Assembly: GCA_005799265.1 (NCBI GenBank) | Contig: SYHD01000215.1 | Coordinates: forward strand, 22,984 to 86,983 | DNA length: 64,000 bases | Source of the DNA: Planctomycetia bacterium | GTDB lineage: Bacteria > Planctomycetota > Planctomycetia > Gemmatales > Gemmataceae | Reading direction: 5' to 3' | Shown: positions 35,930-45,016 of the stretch, piece after piece | Layout: each line of letters starts with the position of its first letter | How positions within the stretch are numbered: the stretch's first letter is position 1 | Made by a program: the position numbers and the translations under genes | Notes under the pieces: model-generated | What the model was told of the DNA's origin: nothing | What the model saw: only the letters and a program-made list of their open reading frames with translations | The model's database searches: none

Positions 35930-37441
35930 CTACTTCGTTGGAATGTAGTTGAGCGTATAGTAGGCGATGTTGTGCAAAAGCGGCGAGCCTTCCGTGGAAC
36001 GCACACCCGTGGCCGTCAGTTGATGGATGTGCCCTTCCTGGAGTTTGCTCACCCAGATGCGGGCGCTCTTGTTGTCTTTGGCGACGACCACCTTGTCGAT
36101 GGTCGGATTGGTGCGATCGACTTCAGGACTGCCGTAGTCCGCTTGATAGATGTAGGTGTACGTTTCCATCTTGTACGAGGCGATTTCGCCGGCGGTCTGC
36201 GGATCGACCGGTTTGGTGAACGTCAACGTGAAGCCGTCAGGCTCGGCCTTCATCTCGTGGATCTCGAAAGGGACTTTGCCCGTCCACACCAAACGTTCGA
36301 GAGCGAATGGCTTGCCGCCGCGCGAGCCCCAGCCGCGACTGGTGCCACCGACGAACAGCGAACCGTCCGGCGCGAAGCAGGCCGGCACAATGCCGCAACT
36401 GAAACCCTGACGGAACGGATAGCAGGCGCCCTGGTATCGGCCGTTCACCTTTTCGAGGGTGACACGCATGATCGTGCTGTGCGTTTGATCGCCGACGAAG
36501 ACCTGTTTTTCGAACGGGCCGAACTTGCCGCCGGAGAGATCGCATTCGATACCCGCCGCAGATTGCCCCATCTTGCCGTAAGGGAAGAGGATGGCGGTCG
36601 GCGTGAACTGCGGGATGCGTTTCGCCTCGGTCATGATGCGGCTCTTGGTTTTCGGCACGAGCGGGGCCACACCGAGGTATTTTGCTTCGGGATCGTCATA
36701 CCACTTGAAGCCGCCGGGATGGCCGACGAAGCCGCCGACAGTCAAATGCTTGAGGCCGCAGGTTCCGTTCCAGGGGCCTTGATTGTCGGTGTAGAAAACA
36801 TCTCCCTCGGCGTTGAAGCCGACGCCGCCGGGCGAACGCACGCCGCTGGTCGTGGGAATGAACTTGCCGCCGGGCGTGACTTTGCCAGCCCACCCACGGT
36901 ATTTGCTGTTGGAGTTGAAGCTGCCGGTCAGGCAGAGCGTGATCCAGATATCGCCGTTCTTGTCGAAGCGCGAACCGAAGGCGTACTCGTGATAGTCGCC
37001 GTTCACCTCCCAGCCGTCGGTGACGACCTCGAAGGTGTCGGCCTTGCCTTTGCCGCGTGAGTCCTTGATGCGCGTCACGTCGCAGCGCTGCGTGACGTAG
37101 AGCCAGCCGTCCTTCTTGCTGTAGGCGAGGCCGAGGATTTCGTGCATGCCGTGAGCGAAGCGCGTGAACTTGGCGTCCTTGGGATTGTCGGTGAAGGCGT
37201 TCTCGACGATCCAGATCTCGCCGCGGCGCGTGCCGAACGCGACTTTGCCGTCGGGCAGCATTTCGAGGGCGCCCCCTTCGAGCACTTCGCCCTCGGGGAG
37301 CGGCAAGGTGACGAGCTTGTAGTAGGCGTCCTCGCTCTCGGTCGGCTTCGGCTCGCCCGGCTTTTTCTTTTGGGCGACGGCGAACGACGTAGGCAACAAC
37401 CAGAAGCCAATGGCGATAGTCAGAAACAGGACGGCTCGCAT
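35930..37441 (-). CDS. Secreted beta-propeller (glucose/sorbosone dehydrogenase-like) protein with C-terminal Ig-like domain
   Basis: ATG 37441 gives [24 protein letters not shown]. Propeller blades. The C-terminal [33 protein letters not shown] parallels 4054-6405. Confidence 0.6.
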   Translation of the reverse strand: MRAVLFLTIAIGFWLLPTSFAVAQKKKPGEPKPTESEDAYYKLVTLPLPEGEVLEGGALEMLPDGKVAFGTRRGEIWIVENAFTDNPKDAKFTRFAHGMHEILGLAYSKKDGWLYVTQRCDVTRIKDSRGKGKADTFEVVTDGWEVNGDYHEYAFGSRFDKNGDIWITLCLTGSFNSNSKYRGWAGKVTPGGKFIPTTSGVRSPGGVGFNAEGDVFYTDNQGPWNGTCGLKHLTVGGFVGHPGGFKWYDDPEAKYLGVAPLVPKTKSRIMTEAKRIPQFTPTAILFPYGKMGQSAAGIECDLSGGKFGPFEKQVFVGDQTHSTIMRVTLEKVNGRYQGACYPFRQGFSCGIVPACFAPDGSLFVGGTSRGWGSRGGKPFALERLVWTGKVPFEIHEMKAEPDGFTLTFTKPVDPQTAGEIASYKMETYTYIYQADYGSPEVDRTNPTIDKVVVAKDNKSARIWVSKLQEGHIHQLTATGVRSTEGSPLLHNIAYYTLNYIPTK

Positions 37442-37573
37442 GAAAGACTCCAATTGATAACACGATTTCGATTCAGACTAACATTCACGGGCGTGTTGTC
37501 GCCCCGAAGGGGCCCAAACAAATCAGCACAGGGAAACGCAACGGTGTTCGGGAACGAGGCGAGCCGGGTCCAG

Positions 37574-40318
37574 TTACCACACATACTCCTGCACAATCTT
37601 CGCGCTGTTCCCCTGGAAGCGCACCGGCACCAGCAGTTCCATCTTCTTGCCCGACTGACGAATGATCGGCTCCGCCCCCGCTTCGATACGCATGCGCCAG
37701 GCGCCAATGCGATACCAGCCGTCCTTCTCCGCGGCGATCTGGTCGGCGACCGCAGCGCGATAGTACAGCTTGTCGATCGGATTGTCCGTCGTCAATGTGA
37801 ACGTTCGCCGAATCGCGGGGCTTTGCTTCGTGTCGATCGCGTTCGGCATGTCATCGATCTGGATCTCGTTGAACGAATACAGAAACGTCGGCCGTTGATC
37901 GTCGGTCAAGCGATAGCCTTTGAACTTGTAGCCGAGCTCCTTCGCGGTTTTCGCCGGCCACGCTTCGTCTGTTTTGGCCAGGACGAAAAAGCTGACGCCG
38001 GTCGGCAATGTGATCACGTTTTCGCCCGCCGGCGGCTCGAAGCCGACGCCGCGATCGGTCCAGTGGCGTTTTGCGTCGATGAAGGCGCCTTGCCAGATCA
38101 TCGCCAGGCGAATGTCGTTGGCGTCGAAAGCGATATGGGCGCGTTCGGGGTAACCGACGCCGATCGCGCGCGAGCCGGCCCCTTGAATAAAGTTGCGATA
38201 GATGATCGCATCACCAACCGGGATGAGCGGGATTGTCTTGCCGGTGGTGCCCGTCGGCATCGTCGCCGCCTTGCCGTCTGCCAGATACGTCCAGATCGCT
38301 TCGATCTGCGTCTCCGCCTTGCCGTCAAGCACCGTCTTCAACAGCGTTCTACCTTCGGGGAACGACGACGGCATGCGCGTGCCGGGCCGGTATTTGCCCG
38401 GATCGATCATGTAGTTGAAGAACCAATCGTGGTTCAAACGCTGTGTCATGATGGCGAGATCGATGCCTTGAACACCTTCGGCTTTGTTGCCCGCGAAGGT
38501 GTGGCACTTGATGCAACCGAACGCTTGCGGTCCGACCATGTGCCGGGCTGCGAACTTCGCTTTGTTGAGCGGTTCGGGCAGCACAACCTTTGGCGCCTTC
38601 TCCGGGGTATCGAGGCTGGCGAACATATCCACCAGATTGGTGGGGTCGCTGCCGAATCTCGGCATGCGCGTGTGCATGTACGGACGATCGTGCGAGCCTT
38701 CTTCGATAATCTTCTTGAGATACGCGGGCTTCAGTTTCGCGCCGACTCCGGTCAGGGAGGGCGGGATGCGGCCTTCGTCTCCCATTTCGGGCATGACGGT
38801 CGTGAAGTGCTTGTTGAGATCGTCCTCGACGCCGCCGAGCTTGTCGCGTTCGTGGCAGGCAGAACAGTTTTTCAGTTTCATCGTGAACGTAAGAAGTTCC
38901 TTCTTCTCCAGCGGCGTCGCCCAGGGCTTCATCTTAATGGCCGCGCTCAATGCGGCCTGTTGCTGCTGGCTGAACCCGAACCAGGGGACACCTTTCTTCG
39001 GGGTTACGTCGAGGCAGCCACCGACGGGCTTCAAGTCCGTGACAACGGGAGCGTTCAGGCGTTTGGTCTCCTTTTGCATCTCATGGCAATTTGCACAACC
39101 CATCGACGCGAACAGGTCCTTGCCTTTCTTGATCAATTCCGGCTGCAGCGGAGAGTTGTCAGGCTCCTTCGCGTTGACGATCGGCTTCACCTCGTCCTTC
39201 AACTGAACCATCGATCCCAGCGGCATCTTGGCGATGCCCGGCCCCTCGACTTCGACGGCAAGCTCGAAGCCGCCGCCGCCATTGAAGACGCCCACAGTCA
39301 GCTTGTGCGTTCCCTTGGCGAGCTTGGCCTTGCCCGACTTGGTTGCCGGCGCGTGGATGCCGTCGTGGTTGACGACGACCTTGCCGTCGATCCAGAGCTT
39401 CGAGCCATCATCGCTGGTGAGATGGAATGTGTAGCTGCCTTCGGTTTCGATCTTGAGCAGACCGTCAAACTTGAGAGCGCAATTGTTGAGGCGTTTGGCC
39501 ACGCTCAACTCGAAGTCCGGCGCCTCGCCGGTCTTGACGGGCTTGAGCTTGTCGAAGTCGGGGAGGTTTTTCCAGGCGCCCTCGTAATAGGCGTAATTCA
39601 TGTTGCTGCTCGATCCGGCGCCGGCCGTGCCTTGCATCAGATAATTGGCGACGTCGCTCGCTTCCTTCACCGTCAAGAGGCCCGGCATGCGCCCGTGCGG
39701 TCGCGTCTCGTGCGGGTTTTGCACGAACGACCGCAAACTGGCGAGCGTGTACTTCGACTTGAGATTGCCGAGCGCAACGGATGTGGCAAAAAGTTTGTCC
39801 TGATCGCCGCTGGCGTCGCGCGTGCCGTGACAGGCGACGCAGCCGACCTTGTGATACAAATCGCGGCCCAACGCGATCCCCTTTTGATCAGCTCGCGCCT
39901 GGGCCGGCGTTCCCGTCGAGGCCAGGAAGTGCACGAGGGCTTCAACCTTGTCCTTCTTTTCTTCCGCGTCGAGACCGGCGAAGAGGTTCGGCATCGTGGT
40001 GCCCGGCTTGACCTTGTGCGGATCGGTGAGAAACTCGCGCAAATGGCTGCGCTTGACGCGGGCGCCGACTTCGTCAAGAATCGGCCCCGGCTTGGCAATA
40101 TTCGGCGGCGCCTCGGGCGTCGAATGGCAACTGGCGCAGTTGAGCGTTGCGTATAGCAGGCGGCCTCCTTCGGTATCCGACTTGCCGTCCGCGTGAAAGC
40201 GAACGAAGCCCGGAACCGTCGGGCCGGCATGCTTACCCCCTTGTGCCCAAGCGGGGCTGGCGGTGATTAGACACGAGATCGCGAGTAAAAACGAGGCGAT
40301 GCGTACGTGAAACGGCAT
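37574..40318 (-). CDS. Secreted multi-haem c-type cytochrome with PA14 domain
   Basis: 914 aa with signal peptide MPFHVRIASFLLAISCLITASPAWA. CxxCH x5 (CASCH, CVACH, CANCH, CSACH, CIKCH). PA14-like GSYTFHLTSDDGSKLWIDGKVVVNHDG. Confidence 0.8.
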   Translation of the reverse strand: MPFHVRIASFLLAISCLITASPAWAQGGKHAGPTVPGFVRFHADGKSDTEGGRLLYATLNCASCHSTPEAPPNIAKPGPILDEVGARVKRSHLREFLTDPHKVKPGTTMPNLFAGLDAEEKKDKVEALVHFLASTGTPAQARADQKGIALGRDLYHKVGCVACHGTRDASGDQDKLFATSVALGNLKSKYTLASLRSFVQNPHETRPHGRMPGLLTVKEASDVANYLMQGTAGAGSSSNMNYAYYEGAWKNLPDFDKLKPVKTGEAPDFELSVAKRLNNCALKFDGLLKIETEGSYTFHLTSDDGSKLWIDGKVVVNHDGIHAPATKSGKAKLAKGTHKLTVGVFNGGGGFELAVEVEGPGIAKMPLGSMVQLKDEVKPIVNAKEPDNSPLQPELIKKGKDLFASMGCANCHEMQKETKRLNAPVVTDLKPVGGCLDVTPKKGVPWFGFSQQQQAALSAAIKMKPWATPLEKKELLTFTMKLKNCSACHERDKLGGVEDDLNKHFTTVMPEMGDEGRIPPSLTGVGAKLKPAYLKKIIEEGSHDRPYMHTRMPRFGSDPTNLVDMFASLDTPEKAPKVVLPEPLNKAKFAARHMVGPQAFGCIKCHTFAGNKAEGVQGIDLAIMTQRLNHDWFFNYMIDPGKYRPGTRMPSSFPEGRTLLKTVLDGKAETQIEAIWTYLADGKAATMPTGTTGKTIPLIPVGDAIIYRNFIQGAGSRAIGVGYPERAHIAFDANDIRLAMIWQGAFIDAKRHWTDRGVGFEPPAGENVITLPTGVSFFVLAKTDEAWPAKTAKELGYKFKGYRLTDDQRPTFLYSFNEIQIDDMPNAIDTKQSPAIRRTFTLTTDNPIDKLYYRAAVADQIAAEKDGWYRIGAWRMRIEAGAEPIIRQSGKKMELLVPVRFQGNSAKIVQEYVW

Positions 40319-40545
40319 GAGGTAGGCTCTCCAATAGGCGACGGAAGGATTTTACGGGTAAGGGCGACAATGTGCAAGCGATTACTTCCGCTGTGTCGCC
40401 ACTAAAAAACACAAAGGGTGCGAAAAGTAAACGCACGGTTGGACCGTTCTCACTTTTGCGTATTTTGGCGGTCACCGCTTGGTTATGTCGCGCGAGGAGG
40501 TACGGTTGGCTTCTTGTGATCGATGTCCCGAAGGAAACCGCCTAT

Positions 40546-41463
40546 ATGATGCGTCCGTTGCCACTGCTCGTTTCCCCCATTCGCGAAGCGATGATGCAGA
40601 GTTTTCTGGGCCTTGCACTCTGGAGCGTCGCGACGATGTTGATCGAGCCGGGGTGGGCCCCTGCGCTTTTGATGTTTGGGCCGCTCGTTCTGTTTCCCCT
40701 ACTCTTCGACATTTGGGGAGACGTAACTCCGGCACTGCGCCGGCTCGCCTTTCTTGCGTTTCTGCCCGTGATCGCGTCCTATGCGTGCGAGCAATCGCCC
40801 ATCGCCGCTTTTTTTGTGCTGGCGTGGCTGGCGTTCACGCTCCTTCTGTTCGCGCATCGACTCCAGGAAAACCTGCGTGCAAAGGACTGTGTCAAAGTTC
40901 TTATCAAGGCCTATCTGATCGTCGGCGCCAGCTGGCTCGTCCTGGCGCGTTTCGGACATCGGCCGCTCGGTTTCGAACACGTCATCGTTCACGCGACGGC
41001 GGTGCACTTTCACTATGCGGGCTTCGTGTTGCCGATTGTCGCGTCGCTGTTCGTTGCGGCCACGCCAAGTCAGCGTCGGCGTGTCATGTTGATCGGCTTG
41101 CTGGCGGGGATGCCGCTCGTCGCGGCGGGAATTACGCTATCGCAATACGGTGTCTACTGGATCGAGACCGTGGCCGCGTGTACGTTCAGCCTGACGTGCA
41201 TGTGGTTCGCGGTCGAGCAGATGTATTTTGCCATGGCGTGGCGACGACCGCTGCTGTTGATATCGGGTGCGTTGCTGTTGGCGGCAATGACTCTGGCGAT
41301 CCTTTATGCGATTCGCCATTTTTTGCGTATCGAGTTGATCAACATCGATTTCATGATCCGAGCGCACGGTCCGCTCCAGGTGATTGGGTTCGCACTGCCG
41401 GGCGTGATCGGCTGGTGGCTGATCGCAGGGCAAGTAAACCGCGTTCCCAGCGAGAAACGGTGA
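40546..41463 (+). CDS. Polytopic membrane protein (possibly YndJ-like)
   Basis: ATG 40546 lies ~10 nt after AAGGA. About 8 hydrophobic segments. The HFHYAGF motif is recalled from YndJ-like proteins, which is a weak assignment. Confidence 0.5.
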   Translation: MMRPLPLLVSPIREAMMQSFLGLALWSVATMLIEPGWAPALLMFGPLVLFPLLFDIWGDVTPALRRLAFLAFLPVIASYACEQSPIAAFFVLAWLAFTLLLFAHRLQENLRAKDCVKVLIKAYLIVGASWLVLARFGHRPLGFEHVIVHATAVHFHYAGFVLPIVASLFVAATPSQRRRVMLIGLLAGMPLVAAGITLSQYGVYWIETVAACTFSLTCMWFAVEQMYFAMAWRRPLLLISGALLLAAMTLAILYAIRHFLRIELINIDFMIRAHGPLQVIGFALPGVIGWWLIAGQVNRVPSEKR

Positions 41464-41468
41464 ATCGC

Positions 41469-42128
41469 ATGAACTGGCTTTGGCTGAACACACCTGCCGA
41501 TTTGAGCGCCTGGGAAACACGGGCATTCTCCGCGACGGCCGACCTCGGTCCGCAGCCCGGAGACAAGCGCGACAATCACGAACGTGTTGTCGCCGTCGAA
41601 GGCCCCGGTTTGCCTGATTCAAACGGCCCCGCGCGTCACCTGGCGAACGCGATCTTGCGTTTCGATGTCTTCCCGCCGGGCTGGCTCTCGTGCTTAATGC
41701 GTCGAACGCCTGTCGAGATTGGCGACACCATCGGCCTGTGTCATCCACTTGTGCCCGGCCTGCGTTTGTTCTTTGCCGCGCGCGTAACCGAGCGCTTTGA
41801 ACACGCGGATCACAAACAATGGCGATGCGGCTTCACGTATCGCACCCTGGAAGGCCATCCCGCGTGCGGCGAGGAGACGTTCTGCGTCGAGAAGGACCTG
41901 GCGACCGGCCAAATTACCGTGGCGCTGCGCTCGTGGTCGCGTCCAGGCATCTGGATCGCGAAGCTAACGTATCCCATTATGCGTTCTCTCCAACTGCGCG
42001 CGGCAAGGGCGGCGCTCGATAACCTTCAATCGATTGCCCATAGCGAAGCGCAAACTGACGGCCGTCCGCCTAACTTCGCGGCAGGGCGTCATCTCCGCAC
42101 AATGTTGCTTGGGAGTCCCTGGTTATGA
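41469..42128 (+). CDS. DUF1990 domain protein
   Basis: ATG 41469 within track ORF 40479-42128. GFTYRTLEGHPACGEETFCVEKDLATGQITVALRSWSRPG matches the DUF1990 core pattern (YxTLxGHPExGEExF). Confidence 0.7.
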   Translation: MNWLWLNTPADLSAWETRAFSATADLGPQPGDKRDNHERVVAVEGPGLPDSNGPARHLANAILRFDVFPPGWLSCLMRRTPVEIGDTIGLCHPLVPGLRLFFAARVTERFEHADHKQWRCGFTYRTLEGHPACGEETFCVEKDLATGQITVALRSWSRPGIWIAKLTYPIMRSLQLRAARAALDNLQSIAHSEAQTDGRPPNFAAGRHLRTMLLGSPWL

Positions 42129-42595
42129 ACGGGAGTGAATTGCTTCGAGTACTCTTGACGCTGCTGCACGCCCTGGCAGCGGCGGCGTGGTTCGGGTCGA
42201 TGTTCTACAGTATCTTCGTGCTCTATCATCGCCTGGGCCGATACTTCGGCGACATCGCCGAGCGTGAGCGATTTCTGCTGACGCTCGCCCACGGAGCGCG
42301 CTGGCACATGGTCGCCGCGATCGCCCTGGTCGGACTGAGCGGCGTGGGATTGGCGTTGTTGCCGCGCGAGTCGAAGACATCCGCATGGTTGATCGTGATG
42401 GAAGTCAAAATGGCCTTGCTGCTCGCCAGCGCCGTCTTCTTTTGGCGCATCTCCTGGCACTGGTGGCCTGCCCGACTCTTTGCCCTGGAAGCCGAACTGC
42501 CCGCCATTCATCGCCGCTTTCGCATCGGGGCGGCGTGCATGCTGGTCATGGTCGGCTTGAATATGTTGCTCGGCGTGCTAGGGCGCATTTTCTAG
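42125..42595 (+). CDS. Small integral membrane protein (4 TM)
   Basis: The start overlaps the previous stop (ATGA at 42125-42128). Four hydrophobic segments. No family recognised. Confidence 0.6.
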   Translation: MNGSELLRVLLTLLHALAAAAWFGSMFYSIFVLYHRLGRYFGDIAERERFLLTLAHGARWHMVAAIALVGLSGVGLALLPRESKTSAWLIVMEVKMALLLASAVFFWRISWHWWPARLFALEAELPAIHRRFRIGAACMLVMVGLNMLLGVLGRIF

Positions 42596-42600
42596 CACCG

Positions 42601-43371
42601 CTAATATTCGATCACTGGCCCCCACATGTTCTTGATTGAGAGGCGTCGATCGACCGCGTGCTGTTCTATCTCGCTCAGGTCGCGGAATAACACTAACGCG
42701 GATGTGAAACGCGGCGCACGCAGTTCCGCACGCAGATCGCATGTCAGCGAATTTGGATCGAAAAACCATAGCCAAGGATCGATGATGAAACGCGTTTCCT
42801 CGGATTGCCACGCGCCCTCCTTGATTCTGACAATGGTTCGAGCCAAGCTGTTCTTCCTGCGGAGGGCGTCCAGGTCGAATTCTTCAGCATCGCACCACGG
42901 CATGAACAGTTGTCCGTGGCGACTCTCAGACCAGAAGCCACTCGGCTGTCGACACCAGTGAACAGGAAAAGAATCGGCCGTGAGCGCCCCCTCGAAATCC
43001 CCGAATCCACGCACGGGTACGAAACCGCGCGTCCGGTATTCAATTGTCTGCCTGACCTCGTCGATGGCTTCACGGCAATGCGCGTGGCATTCAGCCAATG
43101 CGGTTGTTGGGACGCAGTTCGCGGTGTTCAACGGTAGGAGCGAATGCGTCGAACAAAACGAGATATGCACGGCCTGCGCAATTGGCCGGGGCGAATTCAA
43201 GCCGGCTGCGGGGATTGGAAAACGCCCGAATGACCATGAAGCCATGTTCCAGGTTGCATTCACGACGGGAAAAAGTGAATAATCAGGCGGTCGTCGTTCC
43301 TCCTCCCAGCGGGCGATAATCTCACCGCACGGATTCAAGAGCACGAGTGCATGAATCAGTAAGGTTGACAT
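42601..43371 (-). CDS. Hypothetical cytoplasmic protein (orphan, lower-GC)
   Basis: ATG 43371 gives MSTLLIHALVLLNPCGEII... (256 aa, Trp/Cys/His-rich). The upstream 194 codons of the track ORF overlap the rbfA-like gene in another frame and are discarded. Confidence 0.5.
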   Translation of the reverse strand: MSTLLIHALVLLNPCGEIIARWEEERRPPDYSLFPVVNATWNMASWSFGRFPIPAAGLNSPRPIAQAVHISFCSTHSLLPLNTANCVPTTALAECHAHCREAIDEVRQTIEYRTRGFVPVRGFGDFEGALTADSFPVHWCRQPSGFWSESRHGQLFMPWCDAEEFDLDALRRKNSLARTIVRIKEGAWQSEETRFIIDPWLWFFDPNSLTCDLRAELRAPRFTSALVLFRDLSEIEQHAVDRRLSIKNMWGPVIEY

Positions 43372-43493
43372 CGGCGTATCCACCTTCGGGGGTAAGAGGA
43401 ACGCCGCCGCTGATAGCAGAGGAGCGAAATTCTCGCCAGAGCAATTGCGCTGGCGAATCAGCAATCCAGGCAAACCAGGCGGGATTGCGGCGC

Positions 43494-43883
43494 TCAGCGC
43501 ACCACCTGGAACGCCAGTTCCGGCGTCTTGCGGCGATGTACGGCCGCCGCGATCGCGCCGCGCAGTTTGGCGTGTTGCGTCTGCAGCGCGTCGAGGATGT
43601 CCTTTGTTGCGATCGTTTCCAGGCCGTGAAAGCGAACCGTGACCAGCAATCGTGACGAATCGGGCGCCGGCACAGATGATTCGACGGTCAGATCGCGCAG
43701 CAACTCGCCTTCGAGCGCCATGCTCAAGACGCGCTCGACCTCCCGGCAAAGCTGCAACGCCTTGCGATTTGATACTTTGCCCGGCGGATACTTCGGCACG
43801 AAACGCGGATCGATGCCGTCGTCGGCCGCGGGTTCGGAACTGAGGCCCGTGGGCGGTTTGCTGACAAAGCGGCGCGAAGCCAT
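43494..43883 (-). CDS. rbfA: Ribosome-binding factor A-like protein
   Basis: ATG 43883 after GGAG. KALQLCREVERVLSMAL...SRLLVTVRF...LRGAIAAAVHRRKTPELAFQV fits the RbfA pattern (R..ql...i...l / D.s.a.Vyv / lR..l...l.lr..PeL.F) with an N-terminal extension. Confidence 0.55.
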   Translation of the reverse strand: MASRRFVSKPPTGLSSEPAADDGIDPRFVPKYPPGKVSNRKALQLCREVERVLSMALEGELLRDLTVESSVPAPDSSRLLVTVRFHGLETIATKDILDALQTQHAKLRGAIAAAVHRRKTPELAFQVVR

Positions 43884-43904
43884 CAATAAATCTCCTGGGC
43901 TGGC

Positions 43905-43929
43905 GTGGCATGGGATTGGAATCGTCTGC
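43905..43929 (-). repeat. PAL-3 half-element copy C (GCAGACGATTCCAATCCCATGCCAC on minus strand)
   Basis: Shares GCAGACGATTCCAATC with copy A and ATGCCAC with copies A and B. It ends 21 nt upstream of the rbfA-like ATG. Confidence 0.7.
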
Positions 43930-43960
43930 TACGAACGAAGGAAATGACACCAATTGGGGT

Positions 43961-43996
43961 CGTTGTGTTCGCGCGGCGCCGCGCGAACGCTAAACG
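43961..43996. repeat. Short/degenerate PAL-1-like element
   Basis: Hairpin GTTCGCGCG-gcgc-CGCGCGAAC (43967-43988) is followed by GCTAAACG (43989-43996). The left end CGTTGT is degenerate relative to CGTTTAGC. Confidence 0.6.
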
Positions 43997-44022
43997 TTTG
44001 CTCGGCCATTCAGCGGAGTTTT

Positions 44023-45009
44023 TTATCCTGGATACCAGATCTGGCGAAGGTCGTCCGACGCACGCCGATAGTCGAACGCCACATCGATCATGTGCGTCAG
44101 ATCGTATTTCGGTCGCCAGCCGAGGAGGAACTTTGCTTTCGCGTTATCGAGCCAGGTCGAACGATACGGCGTCCTAATCTCCACCGACGGATAGCCGCGT
44201 GTCTGCTTCAGATGTTCGGCGAGCGCGCGATAGTTGACCGGCTCGTCCATGCAAATGTTGAGCGTCTGTTGCCTGGCCTTCGGATGATCGATGGCAGCGA
44301 GAATCGCGTCCGTGAGATCCTCGACGTGTACGAAGTTGCGCAGTACCGGTTCGCCGTCGGGATCGAGCATTACCGGGATCGTGTTGGTCTTCACATACTG
44401 ATCGGCGCGTTCGGCGCCGACGAAATCGCGCCAGCGCGGGCCGCCGAAGACGTCGTCGCCGAACGAGAGCTGGTACTTGAAATCGTCCTTCTCCATGATC
44501 CACGGCGCACGTAAGCAGCAGACGTTGAGGCCGTGTTGGATTGCGAATTGCTCCAGCATCACTTCCTCGAGTACCTTCGACAGGGCATAGCAGCCCGGAT
44601 ACGCGGAGTGCTTCTGCGTCTCGGTGACGGGAATCGGATGCGGATAAAAGAAGTGCCCCATGCCGGCGTCGCCGCCGATTAAGATAAATTGCTGAAATGA
44701 TTTGCTCGTACGCGCTTCTTCGAGTATCCAGAACAGCCCCTTGATCGCGACATCCATGATGTCTTCGGGCGTCTCCTTGCAGGTCGCCAGGTGCAAGATA
44801 TGCGTGACGCCGTCCAGTGCGGTTTTCACGTCGGCGCGCTCCGCGATGCTGCCACGCGCGATCTCCAGGCGCGGACGCGACTCAAGCGTGCGGCTATGGC
44901 ATAGCGCGCGAACGATGACGCCGTCGAATCGCGCGTCGGCGAATAAGCGGCGTATGAAGTGGGCGCCGACCTTACCGGTGGCGCCGGTGACGAGGATGCG
45001 TTTTTGCAT
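44023..45009 (-). CDS. NAD-dependent epimerase/dehydratase family protein
   Basis: MQKRILVTGATGKVGAHFIRRL Rossmann motif. YALSK catalytic Tyr-x3-Lys. Confidence 0.8.
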   Translation of the reverse strand: MQKRILVTGATGKVGAHFIRRLFADARFDGVIVRALCHSRTLESRPRLEIARGSIAERADVKTALDGVTHILHLATCKETPEDIMDVAIKGLFWILEEARTSKSFQQFILIGGDAGMGHFFYPHPIPVTETQKHSAYPGCYALSKVLEEVMLEQFAIQHGLNVCCLRAPWIMEKDDFKYQLSFGDDVFGGPRWRDFVGAERADQYVKTNTIPVMLDPDGEPVLRNFVHVEDLTDAILAAIDHPKARQQTLNICMDEPVNYRALAEHLKQTRGYPSVEIRTPYRSTWLDNAKAKFLLGWRPKYDLTHMIDVAFDYRRASDDLRQIWYPG

Positions 45010-45016
45010 GATCGAG

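Noticed and set aside
37142-40156. 1004-aa plus-strand ORF, the longest in the track after the real genes.
   Set aside because: It lies entirely antisense to two well-supported minus-strand genes (a propeller and a five-CxxCH cytochrome with signal peptides). Its translation is Arg/Ala/Gly/Leu-rich low-complexity sequence with no motifs. This is the typical stop-poor antisense frame of GC-rich DNA.
40479-41468. N-terminal 330 codons of the 549-aa track ORF 40479-42128.
   Set aside because: This part overlaps the polytopic membrane-protein gene in another frame and is Arg-rich. Only the part from ATG 41469 onward shows the DUF1990 pattern.
43372-43953. N-terminal 194 codons of the 450-aa track ORF 42601-43953.
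   Set aside because: This part overlaps the rbfA-like gene (a different frame on the same strand) and is Arg/Gly/Ala-rich. An internal ATG at 43371 gives a compositionally coherent 256-aa protein.
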